A stretch of DNA of 64,000 nt from Tubiluchus corallicola. Lineage: Eukaryota > Animalia > Priapulida. Location of the stretch: NCBI GenBank assembly GCA_030141605.1, contig JAQGDQ010000424.1, positions 1 through 64,000 on the forward strand, given 5' to 3'. The notes below the pieces were generated by a model. That model was not told the origin of the DNA. It saw nothing but the letters and a program-made list of their open reading frames with translations, and searched no databases. Position numbers and translations under genes: made by a program. Of this stretch, positions 1-12,822 are shown piece by piece; within the stretch, counting starts at the first letter, position 1; every line of letters begins with the position of its first letter.

Positions 1-1136
1 CAAGACATGCAATAAAATATGAAATTTAAAACAAGGAAAACAACAACTAGGTTGATCTCAAATACATCTCTTGAAAACATTAAGTAAAAGTACATTCCTT
101 ACGTTGCTACGTGTGCCAAACTGTTTTTACTGTGATTCTTAATTTTATTTATACAAATCAATTATGATAGTCTTAGTGGTAAATTAATGACTTAAATTAG
201 TGTACATGCACAATCTTCATCATCTCACAATTAAACTGAGTTTTCCGCTTTTTTGGCACGATATGATTTTTATACCTGGCTCAAAATTTACTTAAACATC
301 TTTAACAGTGAATTTGATTCAAAATTTTGAAAATCGATGAACTAGTTAAATTTTGAAAATGTTTTGAATTCGAAAGCAAAAAAAATCGATTCAATTCAAA
401 TTCTATTAGTGTTTGCTCACCCTTAATGAAACTTCATGCGGGTAGGGTCGTGTCGAAAATTTTGCTCCCCCTTTGTTTCAAATGCTACGACTCTACTAAA
501 TACTCATCAACTCGTTCAGACTCGCAGATTTTTTTAGATTTCAAAAAATGCTTTTGTATATATTATAGTACCAATCTACATTCATTTCATGTGATTTTAA
601 TTTAACTAGTGTGCATTTCATTTCGATTTTGCTTGGATCATTTAATTTATAGTCTGTTTTAGTGTGATTTTATTAATTACGAATTTAAACTATAAAACAC
701 AGCCTCACACAACTATAATTAATCTACGTTCTAATACATTAAAAACTCGGAAGAACAAGGAAAAGATGAAAAAAATTTAAAAAGTTATAATTAATAATTA
801 ATAAATAAAATTATAATTAATATTTAATTTCATAATTAAATTACTTATGTAAATTACATTAATAATTAAAACTTTAAAGAAAAACTTAACAGCAAGTGCA
901 ACTTTGGCACAAAAATCCAAATATTTTTAGCAGGCATCAAAAGGCCATAGATAAAAGTGATTTATATTGTTTTCAATGCGCCCGTTTGTTAGCCCTGCGT
1001 TATGCGTTGTTTTTTCTGCAGCTATTTCATATTGACTTTTATTCCGCAGCTGTTCTGCAGGTGGATAATGTATAATGCATTCTGGATGCCACAATAATGC
1101 CACTTAAGGCTTTCGATTTCATTAATTTGATATTTC

Positions 1137-2512
1137 CTATATACAGAAAAAAGTAAATTTACATCGAGCCACATTGTATTATAGTGCTTGTCGCTTCGCG
1201 CCTGCCATTTTGAATTTAGAATCACCTGTTGTTACTGCACCTCCCACTAATCAAAGTCATCCTTGCAAACTGCTTAATTGCTACTGATTTTCAGATTCGC
1301 CCACCGGACAAGCAAAATTTCGGCATTCAAAAAGCAAATAAGTAAAATCCCTAACTAATGAATGACTTAGTAAACGCACAAAATAACTTGAAAAATAAAA
1401 TGTAGAAAAAAGAAAATAGTTTTTCTTTTAAATTATTGACTTTTCTTTCTGAAATTTTCCCAGTCACTAATGCCACAACACTGCTATTATTGGAAGAGAA
1501 TCAGGCGCACTTCCTTTTTTGACAATCTGTAACATTTTTAGCCAATCGCATTGCTACTCACATACTGAACCCATGATACTGTTTCAGGTGTGCTTGATCA
1601 TGTTTGTTGGTCAATGAAAAGCCTTTCATAGCCTCTATGGTTTCATGTACCAACTACGTACTTACAGTCTTACACAGTGCTGCCGTAATCATTTCTCATT
1701 GTTGGAATTACAATGCAATCTATTGTATATACATTAAAATTGGGTAAACACTTTTAAACAATGAATTACTAGACTAGTTCAGTACAGTTAATATTATTTT
1801 AGAAATGAACAGAAATTGTTGACAAATTATTCATTTTGGCCTTTTTAGGCCCTAGCTACTCATCTCACTTTTCAGTTTTGATTTTAGCATGAATCCAAAC
1901 CTTACTGGGATCAACCCCACCAACTATCAGAATTAAGAACTGCAATATTTTAATATACAGTGTATACTTATTGGTATGGAATATACTATCAAAGGTGAGC
2001 AGCTTTAACATTCATTATACTCTTCCCTGCCTTATGACAGAATAGCTAGATCACAAGACTAACAAATTCATATAGTTTAATACATCAGGTCACACAAGGT
2101 CATTGTATATATGCAGTGTTAATACATCAGAATCACATAAGGTCATCATAGTTTTCCAGTGAGGTAGTTATTAGATCTACAAGAAAGAAAAATTTTAAAA
2201 GCGCAACTGCTCAACTCAAAAATTCTGGGGAGTTTTTTGTAGCTCCCCTGGATATTTCAAAACATAAATACTGTGTGCTAATAACCTTAGCTACCCAGCA
2301 TGCAAAATATCTGACTAAGTTACAGTAAGCAAATTTTTTGAGCTCTTCTTGCGGAATTCCACTTACAACGAATTGAAAATTTTCCCAGTAATTTTAAAAA
2401 TACAAAAAGCAAGCAAATAAACAAAAAAATCTTTAAACTACTACAATTACCTATACAAAAGTTTGCACATACCAGTTTTTTTGATTTTGAGTGCACCATT
2501 ATTGTCTCTGTT
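1137..2512. repeat. Left arm of 1376-bp inverted repeat (partner 3461-4836)
   Basis: ctatatacagaaaaaagtaaattt...attgtctctgtt is the reverse complement of 3461-4836. Paired coordinates sum to 5973 at both ends (no net indel), and spot checks show no mismatches. Confidence 0.97.
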
Positions 2513-2920
2513 TAAATTAGAAGTACATCGTACAGCAAGATCAGGTCCTATTCTTCATAAATCAAGAACTGCACACAAAACTGGTAAATACGACTATTTT
2601 TCTTGTACGATGCCAGAAATCTGGAATAGATTGCCCTGTGATGTGAGAACAGCAACATCTGTAAATTTATTTAAATCAAAATTAGATAGACACTATGAAC
2701 ATCATCCATTGAAATTTAATCACCGTGCTAATTGGAACATGCCTATAACAAGGATGCTGGATTACATATTATAGTGAGAAAACTTGCCAGTGGAGTCACC
2801 TAGGTGTTGATGACAATCTATTAAATGTGCAATTTGTCGCAATTACAGTCGAAGAACTATTTGTCTCAAAAGTTATATTATAACTACTGGAGATTTACTA
2901 CTACTACTACTACTACTAAA
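2490..2920 (+). mobile_element. 5'-truncated CR1/L2-type LINE 3' end with (CTA)n tail
   Basis: Translation FKLEVHRTARSG...YFSCTMPEIWNRLPCDVRTATSVNLFKSKLDRHY matches the WN.LP...A.S...FK..LD C-terminus of CR1/L2 ORF2; short-repeat tail at ~2896-2918. Confidence 0.75.
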
Positions 2921-3460
2921 CTCTGCTTGTTTTCTTCAGATAAATATGACAGCTGTGTAGAAAAAATTAAAACTAATAATTTCATGTTTATTTGGGTCTG
3001 AACACAAAGATTAGGTTTTTGAACTTAGGGCAAAATTGAAGCACCAATCTAGCACTCCCACCTTTACAATCAAACGATTCTAAAAAGTAACAATCAATTT
3101 TTTTGCTTTCAGCACCAAATTTGCATGTAGATAATTGTGGAAGCTCAAATATCAAAACAATTGATTCATGAATGACAGGTAGCGAACAAAAAGCTTCTTT
3201 GTTTTATTTTCGGAAGCATCCAAGACTGCATCCAGCTTGGAACTTGTCCATGACACGACATTCCTCAGCACTGTGGATCGCGCAGCACAGCATCTGAGCA
3301 ATTTATCAAAGCAATTATATTTTTCTAGGCTGCCTGGTATCTATACCACTAGTCTATGAAAAATAAATAAAATTTAATGGTGTTTGTAACTTTTTTTGTA
3401 AATTAATTGATACTAATTTGTCTATTCCAGCATGAAAGACATTGGATTGGCAGGTACTTG

Positions 3461-4836
3461 AACAGAGACAATAATGGTGCACTCAAAATCAAAAAAACTG
3501 GTATGTGCAAACTTTTGTATAGGTAATTGTAGTAGTTTAAAGATTTTTTTGTTTATTTGCTTGCTTTTTGTATTTTTAAAATTACTGGGAAAATTTTCAA
3601 TTCGTTGTAAGTGGAATTCCGCAAGAAGAGCTCAAAAAATTTGCTTACTGTAACTTAGTCAGATATTTTGCATGCTGGGTAGCTAAGGTTATTAGCACAC
3701 AGTATTTATGTTTTGAAATATCCAGGGGAGCTACAAAAAACTCCCCAGAATTTTTGAGTTGAGCAGTTGCGCTTTTAAAATTTTTCTTTCTTGTAGATCT
3801 AATAACTACCTCACTGGAAAACTATGATGACCTTATGTGATTCTGATGTATTAACACTGCATATATACAATGACCTTGTGTGACCTGATGTATTAAACTA
3901 TATGAATTTGTTAGTCTTGTGATCTAGCTATTCTGTCATAAGGCAGGGAAGAGTATAATGAATGTTAAAGCTGCTCACCTTTGATAGTATATTCCATACC
4001 AATAAGTATACACTGTATATTAAAATATTGCAGTTCTTAATTCTGATAGTTGGTGGGGTTGATCCCAGTAAGGTTTGGATTCATGCTAAAATCAAAACTG
4101 AAAAGTGAGATGAGTAGCTAGGGCCTAAAAAGGCCAAAATGAATAATTTGTCAACAATTTCTGTTCATTTCTAAAATAATATTAACTGTACTGAACTAGT
4201 CTAGTAATTCATTGTTTAAAAGTGTTTACCCAATTTTAATGTATATACAATAGATTGCATTGTAATTCCAACAATGAGAAATGATTACGGCAGCACTGTG
4301 TAAGACTGTAAGTACGTAGTTGGTACATGAAACCATAGAGGCTATGAAAGGCTTTTCATTGACCAACAAACATGATCAAGCACACCTGAAACAGTATCAT
4401 GGGTTCAGTATGTGAGTAGCAATGCGATTGGCTAAAAATGTTACAGATTGTCAAAAAAGGAAGTGCGCCTGATTCTCTTCCAATAATAGCAGTGTTGTGG
4501 CATTAGTGACTGGGAAAATTTCAGAAAGAAAAGTCAATAATTTAAAAGAAAAACTATTTTCTTTTTTCTACATTTTATTTTTCAAGTTATTTTGTGCGTT
4601 TACTAAGTCATTCATTAGTTAGGGATTTTACTTATTTGCTTTTTGAATGCCGAAATTTTGCTTGTCCGGTGGGCGAATCTGAAAATCAGTAGCAATTAAG
4701 CAGTTTGCAAGGATGACTTTGATTAGTGGGAGGTGCAGTAACAACAGGTGATTCTAAATTCAAAATGGCAGGCGCGAAGCGACAAGCACTATAATACAAT
4801 GTGGCTCGATGTAAATTTACTTTTTTCTGTATATAG
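3461..4836. repeat. Right arm of 1376-bp inverted repeat (partner 1137-2512)
   Basis: aacagagacaataatggtgcactc...ttttttctgtatatag is the reverse complement of 1137-2512; the spacer is 948 bp. Confidence 0.97.
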
Positions 4837-4967
4837 ATGAGGAGACAAATAAAAACTGCCTATGTCCATGTGTCATGTTTCTGCAGTTCAGCTAAGATCT
4901 GCTCATGTAAAATGATGCATATGTTATGTTAGTACTAGCAACAGTTTGTTTGTTTGTTTGTTTCTAG

Positions 4968-5080
4968 GTATAAATGGTATTGCTGCAAAGACTGCGAAAA
5001 CACGAAGTTCGAAAGTGTGCCAAGTTTGTCAAACTCATCTGGTTGCTACGGCAACTACAGTGTAGAGCTTCCGTTTACCG
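4968..5080 (+). CDS. Isolated REJ-domain exon in opposite orientation to the REJ-like gene (phase 2 to phase 1)
   Basis: tttgtttctag|G TAT AAA TGG TAT TGC...TTT ACC G|gtacttg encodes (T)YKWYCCKDCENTKFESVPSLSNSSGCYGNYSVELPFT(G). Phase and motifs (L.Y.W.C, GC[FY]G) continue the minus-strand exon that ends ...SSAGL-AC at 8650. Confidence 0.72.
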
Positions 5081-5754
5081 GTACTTGTTTGACCAAACGA
5101 ATTTCATTTTTACCGTGTGCTACATGTAATTCTGCCCGTTTCTAAATAAACTGATTAGAAGTCGCAAGCTTAGAAAGTCAAGGAAAAGATTGTATGAAAC
5201 GCAGTGGCGGCTCGTGTGTATATGCGCTGTGGAATTGCAGCACCCCCTATATCACTAATATTCAATATAACGAGTGTTTTTTCTTTCTTATATTTACTAG
5301 CAAAGGCCCCGCAAAAAAAAATTTGCATATAAGTACACTTATAATCAATAATACGCGAACATCCTACATAGTCCTCATTTATAACGCAAAGCCAGTAACT
5401 TTTACTGAATTAAAGTTATAAGGTTATAAGCAGAATATAATGGATGACGTCACAACGATGGCTTTGCGTCAGCAGTTTTCTAAGCGAAAAGTGTTTATAT
5501 ACAGGGTGTTTCAAAAGTCACCATACATTTTACATTTTCTACATTATTTAGCAAAGAAAGCAAAATGCAAAATGTTTGGAAATTCGTACAGATGAACTAA
5601 AGTCTTCGGCAATTTGTTTAGTTGAATTAGATGTATTGAAAGAACTACTGCACTAGTAGGCTAAGAGTTTTACAGACCAAACCAGTGGTAAGTCGGGCAT
5701 CTTGCATTGAGAAAGCTTCTTACAGGAACTTTGTCGAAGGTTTGAAAAAAGGGA

Positions 5755-6250
5755 AGAGAGGATGAGTGAATGAAAGAATGGTTAGGGTTAGTAAACATGA
5801 TGGAATGGAAAAAATAGTAAGATTAGGGATAGGAAGAAGGAAGGGAGGGGAGGATGAGTGAATGAAAGAATGGTTAGGGTTAGTAGACATGATGGAATAG
5901 AAAAAATAGTAAGATTAGGGGTAGGAAGAAGGAAGGGAGGGGAGGATGAGTGAATGAAAGAATGGTTAGGGTTAGTAGACATGATGGAATGGAAAAAATA
6001 GTAAGATTAGGGATAGGAAGAAGGAAGGGAGGGGAGGATGAGTGAATGAAAGAATGGTTAGGGTCAGTAGACATGATGGAATAGAAAAAATAGTAAGATT
6101 AGGGATAGGAAGAAGGAAGGGAAGGGAGGGGAGGATGAGTGAATGAAAGAATGGTTAGGGTAAGTAAACATGATGGAATGGAAAAAATAGTAAGATAAGG
6201 GATAGGATGGAAGGGAGGGGAGGATGAGTGAATGAAAGAATTGTTAGGTA
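5755..6250. repeat. Purine-rich minisatellite, ~92-bp unit, ~5 copies
   Basis: Recurring ggaggatgagtgaatgaaagaatggttaggg...gaaaaaatagtaagattagggataggaagaagg; the two near-identical ORFs here are offset by 92 nt. Confidence 0.95.
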
Positions 6251-6453
6251 TGGGCCGCTTCTATTCAAATGTACATAAAAACTGTACTGGTAAGTGACTC
6301 AAATAACTTTGCTTAATTGACTCAATATTTTTCCTTCACCTACTTAAAATAAGACATTTGTATGTGCCCAAACAACCTTTCCTACTTTTATGTCATCTTT
6401 ACTTCCCTTCTGTGCACTATGTATACAGAAACAATCATGTTAAGTACCATTTT

Positions 6454-7503
6454 GTTTATGAAAACTAATATAACATTGGCCCTGGAAATGCGATAACCAA
6501 GAGGTTATGCTAGATGCGAGCACATGTCTAGGTTTAAACTGAAGCATATCGCTACAGCAGCGGCCGACCAGCTAGTGGCACCTGGCAATTGTTAGTAGAT
6601 ATAGTTTGTACTAGCGAGAAAAGAAGTTTATAAGAAATGTGAAACAGGAACAGTTAGGCAGGTCAGTAAGAGTAGGATAGCGAGAAAAAACAGTTTGGAT
6701 AAAGATGGTCATGGGAGTGGGTTTTACATATTATATTATATTTTTTAGCTTTTGAGAGGTGATTAAGTTAAAATTTAGGCACGATAGTAATCAATAATTA
6801 TCAAATAGCTTGAGCTAATGTGGAGAGGAGAATTTTTGTTATTTTCATATGTACATATAGTTATAATATTTTTCAATGAATACGTTATGAAAGGAGTGAG
6901 GATAACAAAAAGACAAATACAATTACAGATTTTTGGAGTCATCAGGAGGTAACTTGGAAGTCGAGTTTCGGCTGCTCAAAACCCCAAGTTACTCGACTTC
7001 CAAGTTACCTCCTGATGACTCCAAAAATCTGTAATTGTATTTGTCTTTTTGTTATCCTCACTCCTTTCATAATGTATTCATTGAAAAGTATTATAACTAT
7101 ATGTACATATGAAAATAACAAAAATTCTCCTCTCCACATTAGCTCAAGCTATTTGATAATTATTGATTACTATCGTGCCTAAATTTTAACTTAATCACCT
7201 CTCAAAAGCTAAAAAATATAATATAATATGTAAAACCCACTCCCATGACCATCTTTATCCAAACTGTTTTTTCTCGCTATCCTACTCTTACTGACCTGCC
7301 TAACTGTTCCTGTTTCACATTTCTTATAAACTTCTGTTCTCGCTAGTACAAACTATATTTACTAACAATTGCCAGGTGCCACTAGCTGGTCGGCCGCTGC
7401 TGTAGCGATATGCTTCAGTTTAAACCTAGACATGTGCTCGCATCTAGCATAACCTCTTGGTTATCGCATTTCCAGGGCCAATTTTATATTGGTTTTCATA
7501 AAC
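6454..7503. repeat. Long palindrome/hairpin: 513-bp arms (6454-6966, 6991-7503) with a 24-nt loop
   Basis: Centre ...aacttggaagtcgagt-[ttcggctgctcaaaaccccaagtt]-actcgacttccaagtt...; paired coordinates sum to 13957 at both ends; about 6 mismatches seen. Confidence 0.97.
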
Positions 7504-7784
7504 GAAAAAATAGTAAGATAAGGGATAGGATGGAAGGGAGGGAGGGGAGGATGAGTGAATGAAAGAATTGTTAGGTATGGGCCGCTTCTATTCAAATGTA
7601 CATAAAAACTGTACTGGTAAGTGACTCAAATAACTTTGCTTAATTGACTCAATATTTTTCCTTCACCTACTTAAAATAAGACATTTGTATGTGCCCAAAC
7701 AACCTTTCCTACTTTTATGTCATCTTTACTTCCCTTCTGTGCACTATGTATACAGAAACAATCATGTTAAGTACCATTTTGTTT
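7504..7784. repeat. Direct duplicate of 6181-6457, flanking the hairpin
   Basis: gaaaaaatagtaagataagggatagg...catgttaagtaccattttgttt occurs on both sides of the palindrome, near-identical apart from one 4-nt indel. Confidence 0.93.
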
Positions 7785-8649
7785 GTAAACAAGTACGTTT
7801 ATCATGCTGTAACATGCTAGCATTGCAGTTTTGCTTTGAATCTGTTACGCGCTTGTCCACTGCAATTATCCTCGTTACCCAAGAATTTCTGGAAGCTAAA
7901 CATTTAATCACTGGTCTAGCCATTTCCTTTTGATGCTCTAGTTGGAAATCACCCTTTCAGGCTTAATGAGTTAATAGTCAAAGATGCAGGTACAGTACAC
8001 AATTACTGGTTATGTCATGGAGCAATGTAAGTAAGACGATTCAGAACTGTTTTAGTCATGCCCAATTCAGACTTGTGTGATTTGGAAAAGTATACTTTAA
8101 CAATAAAGTATACAATTATTGTATACTTTATTGAAATAGTGGTGAAGTAACTGGTGGTGAATAAGTAGTGAATTAACAAAAATTAAATTTATTGTTAATT
8201 CACTTATATAAATTATTATTTTAAATTTTTTTCTAATTTTTAACTGCACAAAGGAATTTAGGCATTACTTCATTTCTAAAATTCATTAAAAACCTTTGCA
8301 GTGTATGCTAAGCTGATGACTCATACTTCTATACCAGTAATACTACACCCATCAGTTAACAGCTTCAGTCGGTTAATTGGGTCAAAACACTTCGGTCCCA
8401 AAGTGAGTCTATTAAGCAGTGGTCTATTAAACTGTACCTGGTTCATTTGGAGTTAAAAACCATGACATTTGTGGCTGTTTTGGTGTTAACGAGTATAATA
8501 CTCAGGTTTCCTTAAAAAGTCTATTATAGCCGTGCCAGATTGTATAAAAGTACTATTTTTGGACTCAAGTCAAAACAACATTAGACAGCAATAAGACCCA
8601 CCATTATGAAGTTCCCCACACCTCTGAACAAACAGCGAAAGCTACTTAC

Positions 8650-8840
8650 GTTAAGCCAGCAGAACTTTTCTGCAACTCGGAAAGCGTGACGTCGTCTGCA
8701 AAGATCGGTTTGCCGAATACCTCATTGGGATCATACGAAGCAGAAGCGTTCATGGTTATGCTTTCGTTGTTGCTCACCATTTTCAAACCTCCGCCATCAA
8801 TAGTAGCGAATAAATGAAGCTCTTCAATGATAAACCAGCC
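8650..8840 (-). CDS. PKD1/REJ-like gene exon 17 (REJ segment), phase 0 to 2
   Basis: cag|GGCTGG...TTAAC|gtaagt; GWFIIEELHLFATIDGGGLKMVSNNESITMNASASYDPNEVFGKPIFADDVTLSELQKSSAGL contains I.GG and [LM][DN]AS.SYDP motifs typical of REJ modules. Confidence 0.85.
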
Positions 8841-8988
8841 CTGTAATGATGGTGAGAACTATGCAGACCATTTCTGTTGAAAGTTTTGGCTAATGTCAGT
8901 GAGAATTTGGGTAGTTCTCATGGCACAGCAGAAGTTGTAGAGCAGCAGCAAAATTAAAACCACCGCTGCTGCTGCCACCACTACTACT

Positions 8989-9748
8989 ACACTCATATCT
9001 CAGTTTGCCAGACCTCGCTTTTAACGGATATCGAAAAAACTGGACAAAACCCGGACAGTTAAGTCTCGCATACTATGGACACAGTCTGTTGTTTCGCTAG
9101 CTGATCGCTAGTTAGCGGGCCGTCACTTTGCTTACATCATTACGTCAGTGCAACAAAGCAGCATGTAATCACAGCTAGTGTAGCTTGTATGTCAGGAGCT
9201 AGACATTTTTGAGCCCAAGCTATTGTAAGAGTAACAGTTTTAACAGCTAGCTAGAACCTTACCTAGTTCATTTTTCTTTGTTCCTAAGCAAGATCCTGCT
9301 AGTAAATCACTCTATGCACAGACTAATGCATAATTAAGCAAAGTCCACATAAAACAACTGGAGTTACTGAACTGATGCTTTGCGTTACCCACATGTCACA
9401 TGACAATTGTAGTGTAAGGCGAGTTGCTGCGGTACACTTAACCTTTGACTTACAGCAACTGCACAACGAAACTATGAAAAGGCTTATTAGACGATTGATT
9501 CTAATTGAATCTAAGAGCCGCAAGTTTGTTTACATCATTACGTCAGTGCAGCCAAGACACGAGTGGTAGCTTATATGTCTGGAGCACCGTACTAGACTTT
9601 TTTGAAACAATTAGGCAATTGATTCAACATTACCATGAGTCTGATACACGGCGCCTACTGTGTTAGTTTAGTATCGATAAATACAGACAATCGGCAAATT
9701 CGGACTGACATCTCCCTCTTTTGTCCGGCAAACCAATATATGAGTGTA
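8989..9748. mobile_element. MITE with TIR tacactcatat...atatgagtgta
   Basis: Terminal inverted repeats present; absent from the paralogous intron near 13645; related copies at ~28986-29360 and ~12290-12700. Confidence 0.7.
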
Positions 9749-10159
9749 CATGTTAGTCAACTTATATAAATGTAGTAATAAATAAGACCATTGCACAAAT
9801 AAGAAACTGCTACAAGTCAAATTGCAGGAAGAGTAATACTTATTAAATTCATCTCTAAAATGATTGAGGAAATATTACAGTCATTCCAGTGCAACTAAAC
9901 TTGGAAACACGACTAACAAAATTTGTGTCAGCCACATCTGACTCTGTTGATAATAATTAAGAAATTTTAATTATAACATATAAGAAGAAAATTGACGAAA
10001 GTCTCAATAGCCCTTTAACTACTACCCTAATCTTGCAAGGATCTAAGATAAAGTAAAAAACTGCTAAATAACTATCGTTTTTTAAAGTTATTGACTAAAA
10101 ATGAACTCGAAACTTAAGAATAATAAATGAAATTATTTCAGCAATTAAAATAAACTAAC

Positions 10160-10827
10160 CTGATCCATTTCTTGAGTTTTGTTACCTAAAAACTCCAAGG
10201 TAACAGTAAGACACGCAACATACATGCCAAAGTCAAAAAGTTTTGCATCTATTGAAATGTTTTCTCTAGTAACTTCCACATGGTCTTGTAACTCTAGGCT
10301 GCCTGACGACGACGCGCAAGCAGTAAAAGAGTTTTCCTGAAAAATCCGCCACTCGTACGTTTTTGAAAAAGGACAAACGCTGTGCACATCTGACATGAGG
10401 CTAAGAGTCTCTGTTCTCTTGAATTTCACAGCTTCGGTTTTACTAGAACCAACACCCGCAATTTCAACATCAAGAGTACACTTTGGCAATGTTGTAACAT
10501 TTACAACGACAGATGCAGTCGAACTGTAATGCACGCCAATGGAACCGATGACAGTCACTGTATAAACACCTGGCTCCCGGAAAGTATGCGACCTTCGAAG
10601 GGAACCACCGGTTAGCGTCTCGGATTCACTGTTTCCGGCTGGTTGTGTTACAATGAAATCACTATTATTGAGAGTGTAAGAGACGTCGCTTCCAACGCTC
10701 CACACAAACGAAACTCCGGGACCAACGTAGTCGGACACAAAGACGAAAGTGATAGGAACAGATGTGTAATATTCATGATAACCCTCTTCAATGGGTAGAA
10801 CCACTAAAGACATGTTCATTTCAATCA
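10160..10827 (-). CDS. PKD1/REJ-like gene exon 16 (PKD domain + REJ N-terminus, copy 2), 668 nt
   Basis: ttcag|TG ATT GAA...GAT CAG|gttagt; SHTFREPGVYTVTV is a PKD-domain motif; ~95% identical in protein to the exon at 14925-15592. Confidence 0.9.
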
Positions 10828-10905
10828 CTGAAATTCAAAATAGAAATTATTACTTCAGTATAACACAGAATAGTTGTTACTCAGCAATTTCATAGAGGTT
10901 TTTAA

Positions 10906-11510
10906 CCCTTTCACTACGTACTTACTTTTTAACAGGGCCGCAATGGCGTTTGCATATTTGACAATAACTTCTTGTGGTGTGTTACTAAAACAGAATCTTG
11001 TAAATAAACAAATAGAAAATTTGTTATCAAACACTAATATTGAATATTAGTTTTATTTATACACATGCACTACACAACTGCGCACATATATGTGCACTCA
11101 TGCATGCACGCACGTGCACCCACACAAATAAGCACAGTCTTTAGAAGGCAATTTTCACAAAAGTCATATTAATAATCCATAATACGCAATTATTTTATAA
11201 GAATGCAGAACAAGTGACTAAATATCTTTCACCAACTATCAACAAGGAATTTTGTTTGAAAACATACCATACAGTATAGTATTGTAGAATGCACCTGGCT
11301 TCAGACACTGGTTGGCTGGTTAGCATTACTTGTTGCGAAGCAACCCCAATCCCAGGTTGTTAAACTTTTCTACAATGTTCTTGCATGGCCATAACAATGA
11401 AATAAACAGACCTGAGTGACTGTGCTTAGTGCTGAGCTAGGGCGGCAGTCTATCGGCTTCCGTCCCTTGCGCGAAAAACAGGCGGAGTGCCGCTTTCTGT
11501 AGTGAAAGGG
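10906..11510. mobile_element. piggyBac-like MITE
   Basis: TTAA-ccctttcactac...gtagtgaaaggg-TTAA; second family member at 23939-24524. Confidence 0.85.
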
Positions 11511-12822
11511 TTAAACAAACCAGACCATGTAAGAACAATATTTCTAAAGTAATAGACAATGTTCTGGACAATATGTCCTGCTTCAAACTGTAATGGTTCA
11601 AGTTAGCAAATAAGATTTTTGCTAAACAGTTTAACACTCTGCAAGTGCGGATTCGGCATTCAATAGTACAACCTATTTGAGGTAAATAGTTGTGGCAGGA
11701 CAGGAAGTGTGCTAACCATCAAGCAAAATCTCCTAACAGATACCAAACAGATGTGGAAGAGGTATCTTAGCCATGATTGGATGTTCATGCATCTTCAAAC
11801 AGCGAAAGAAACAGCGAGGCAAATCAAATCCTCGAAAATAATTTTCCCGTGGCATCGCTTATCCGTTTACTAGCCAGATTCGGCATTTGTTAACTTAAGT
11901 AGTCAAGCCCACACTGTGACTATTCAGTTATTCCCACAGTTCAGCAGTTTCGTGGATCTCTGATTTTTATGAAACAAGTTCAATATATTGAATGAGCTGT
12001 CACTGCCAGAGTGACCTTAACCTTAAACTTAGAGTTACTTGTTATCAAATTGTAGACAGGGGAGAAAATGAAAAATTTATTTAAGATTATTTAGAAGATT
12101 TACCCACACAACTGTGTAACTAAACATTTCTGAAGTTCTACATAGTAGCACATTTCAAAATCCTTCAAAGTTTTAGTTATGCACGTAAAATTTTGTATAG
12201 TAAATCAATTATTTCTTGATCAGAATAAAATAAACTAAACTTAACTATCAGAATGTAACTAGACTCATGGACAACAGCAGAGAGACGGCGGTCCGAATTT
12301 GCCGATTGTCGGTGTTTACTGATACTAAGTTAATACAGTAGACGCCGTTTATTAGACTCATTGTAATGTAGAACAAATCGCTTAATTGTCTCAAAAACGT
12401 CTAGTGGCTGCTATGCAAAAGTATATAAAAATTGTTGGTAATTGACTCAAATAGCTCCGCATAATTGACTCTATATTTTTCTATTTAGTTTTTACTATTT
12501 TTATGTCGTCTTACTTCGGTTTTGTGCGCTATAATATAAGTAGAAACAATCGTGTTAAGTCCGTTAGTTACACGCTGCTTGGTTATGCTGATGTAATGAT
12601 GTAAACAAAGTGACGGCCCGCGACCTAGTGGTCAGCTCGTGAAGCAATAGACTGTGTGCGTAGTATGCGGGACTTTTAACGGTTCAAATTTTGTTCGATT
12701 TTTACTTCTCAACTGTATATTATTCCACCAGAGTAACAAAATACTACAAAATGTAAAAGACAAAGCTTGCCAATTGATTTACTCTGACAGCAGAAATAAT
12801 CAAGTCTAAAAACTCAAGATAC

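Noticed and set aside
3110-3360. Possible REJ exon in the spacer of the long inverted repeat
   Set aside because: Candidate acceptors on both strands run into stops; no REJ-like motif.
1137-4836. Polinton/Foldback transposon with giant TIRs
   Set aside because: No target-site duplication, no characteristic termini, no internal coding capacity, and the breakpoint cuts a LINE remnant; inverted duplication fits better.
7790-7935. Possible minus-strand exon after exon 17
   Set aside because: The required phase-2 frame hits a stop, and other frames lack REJ similarity.
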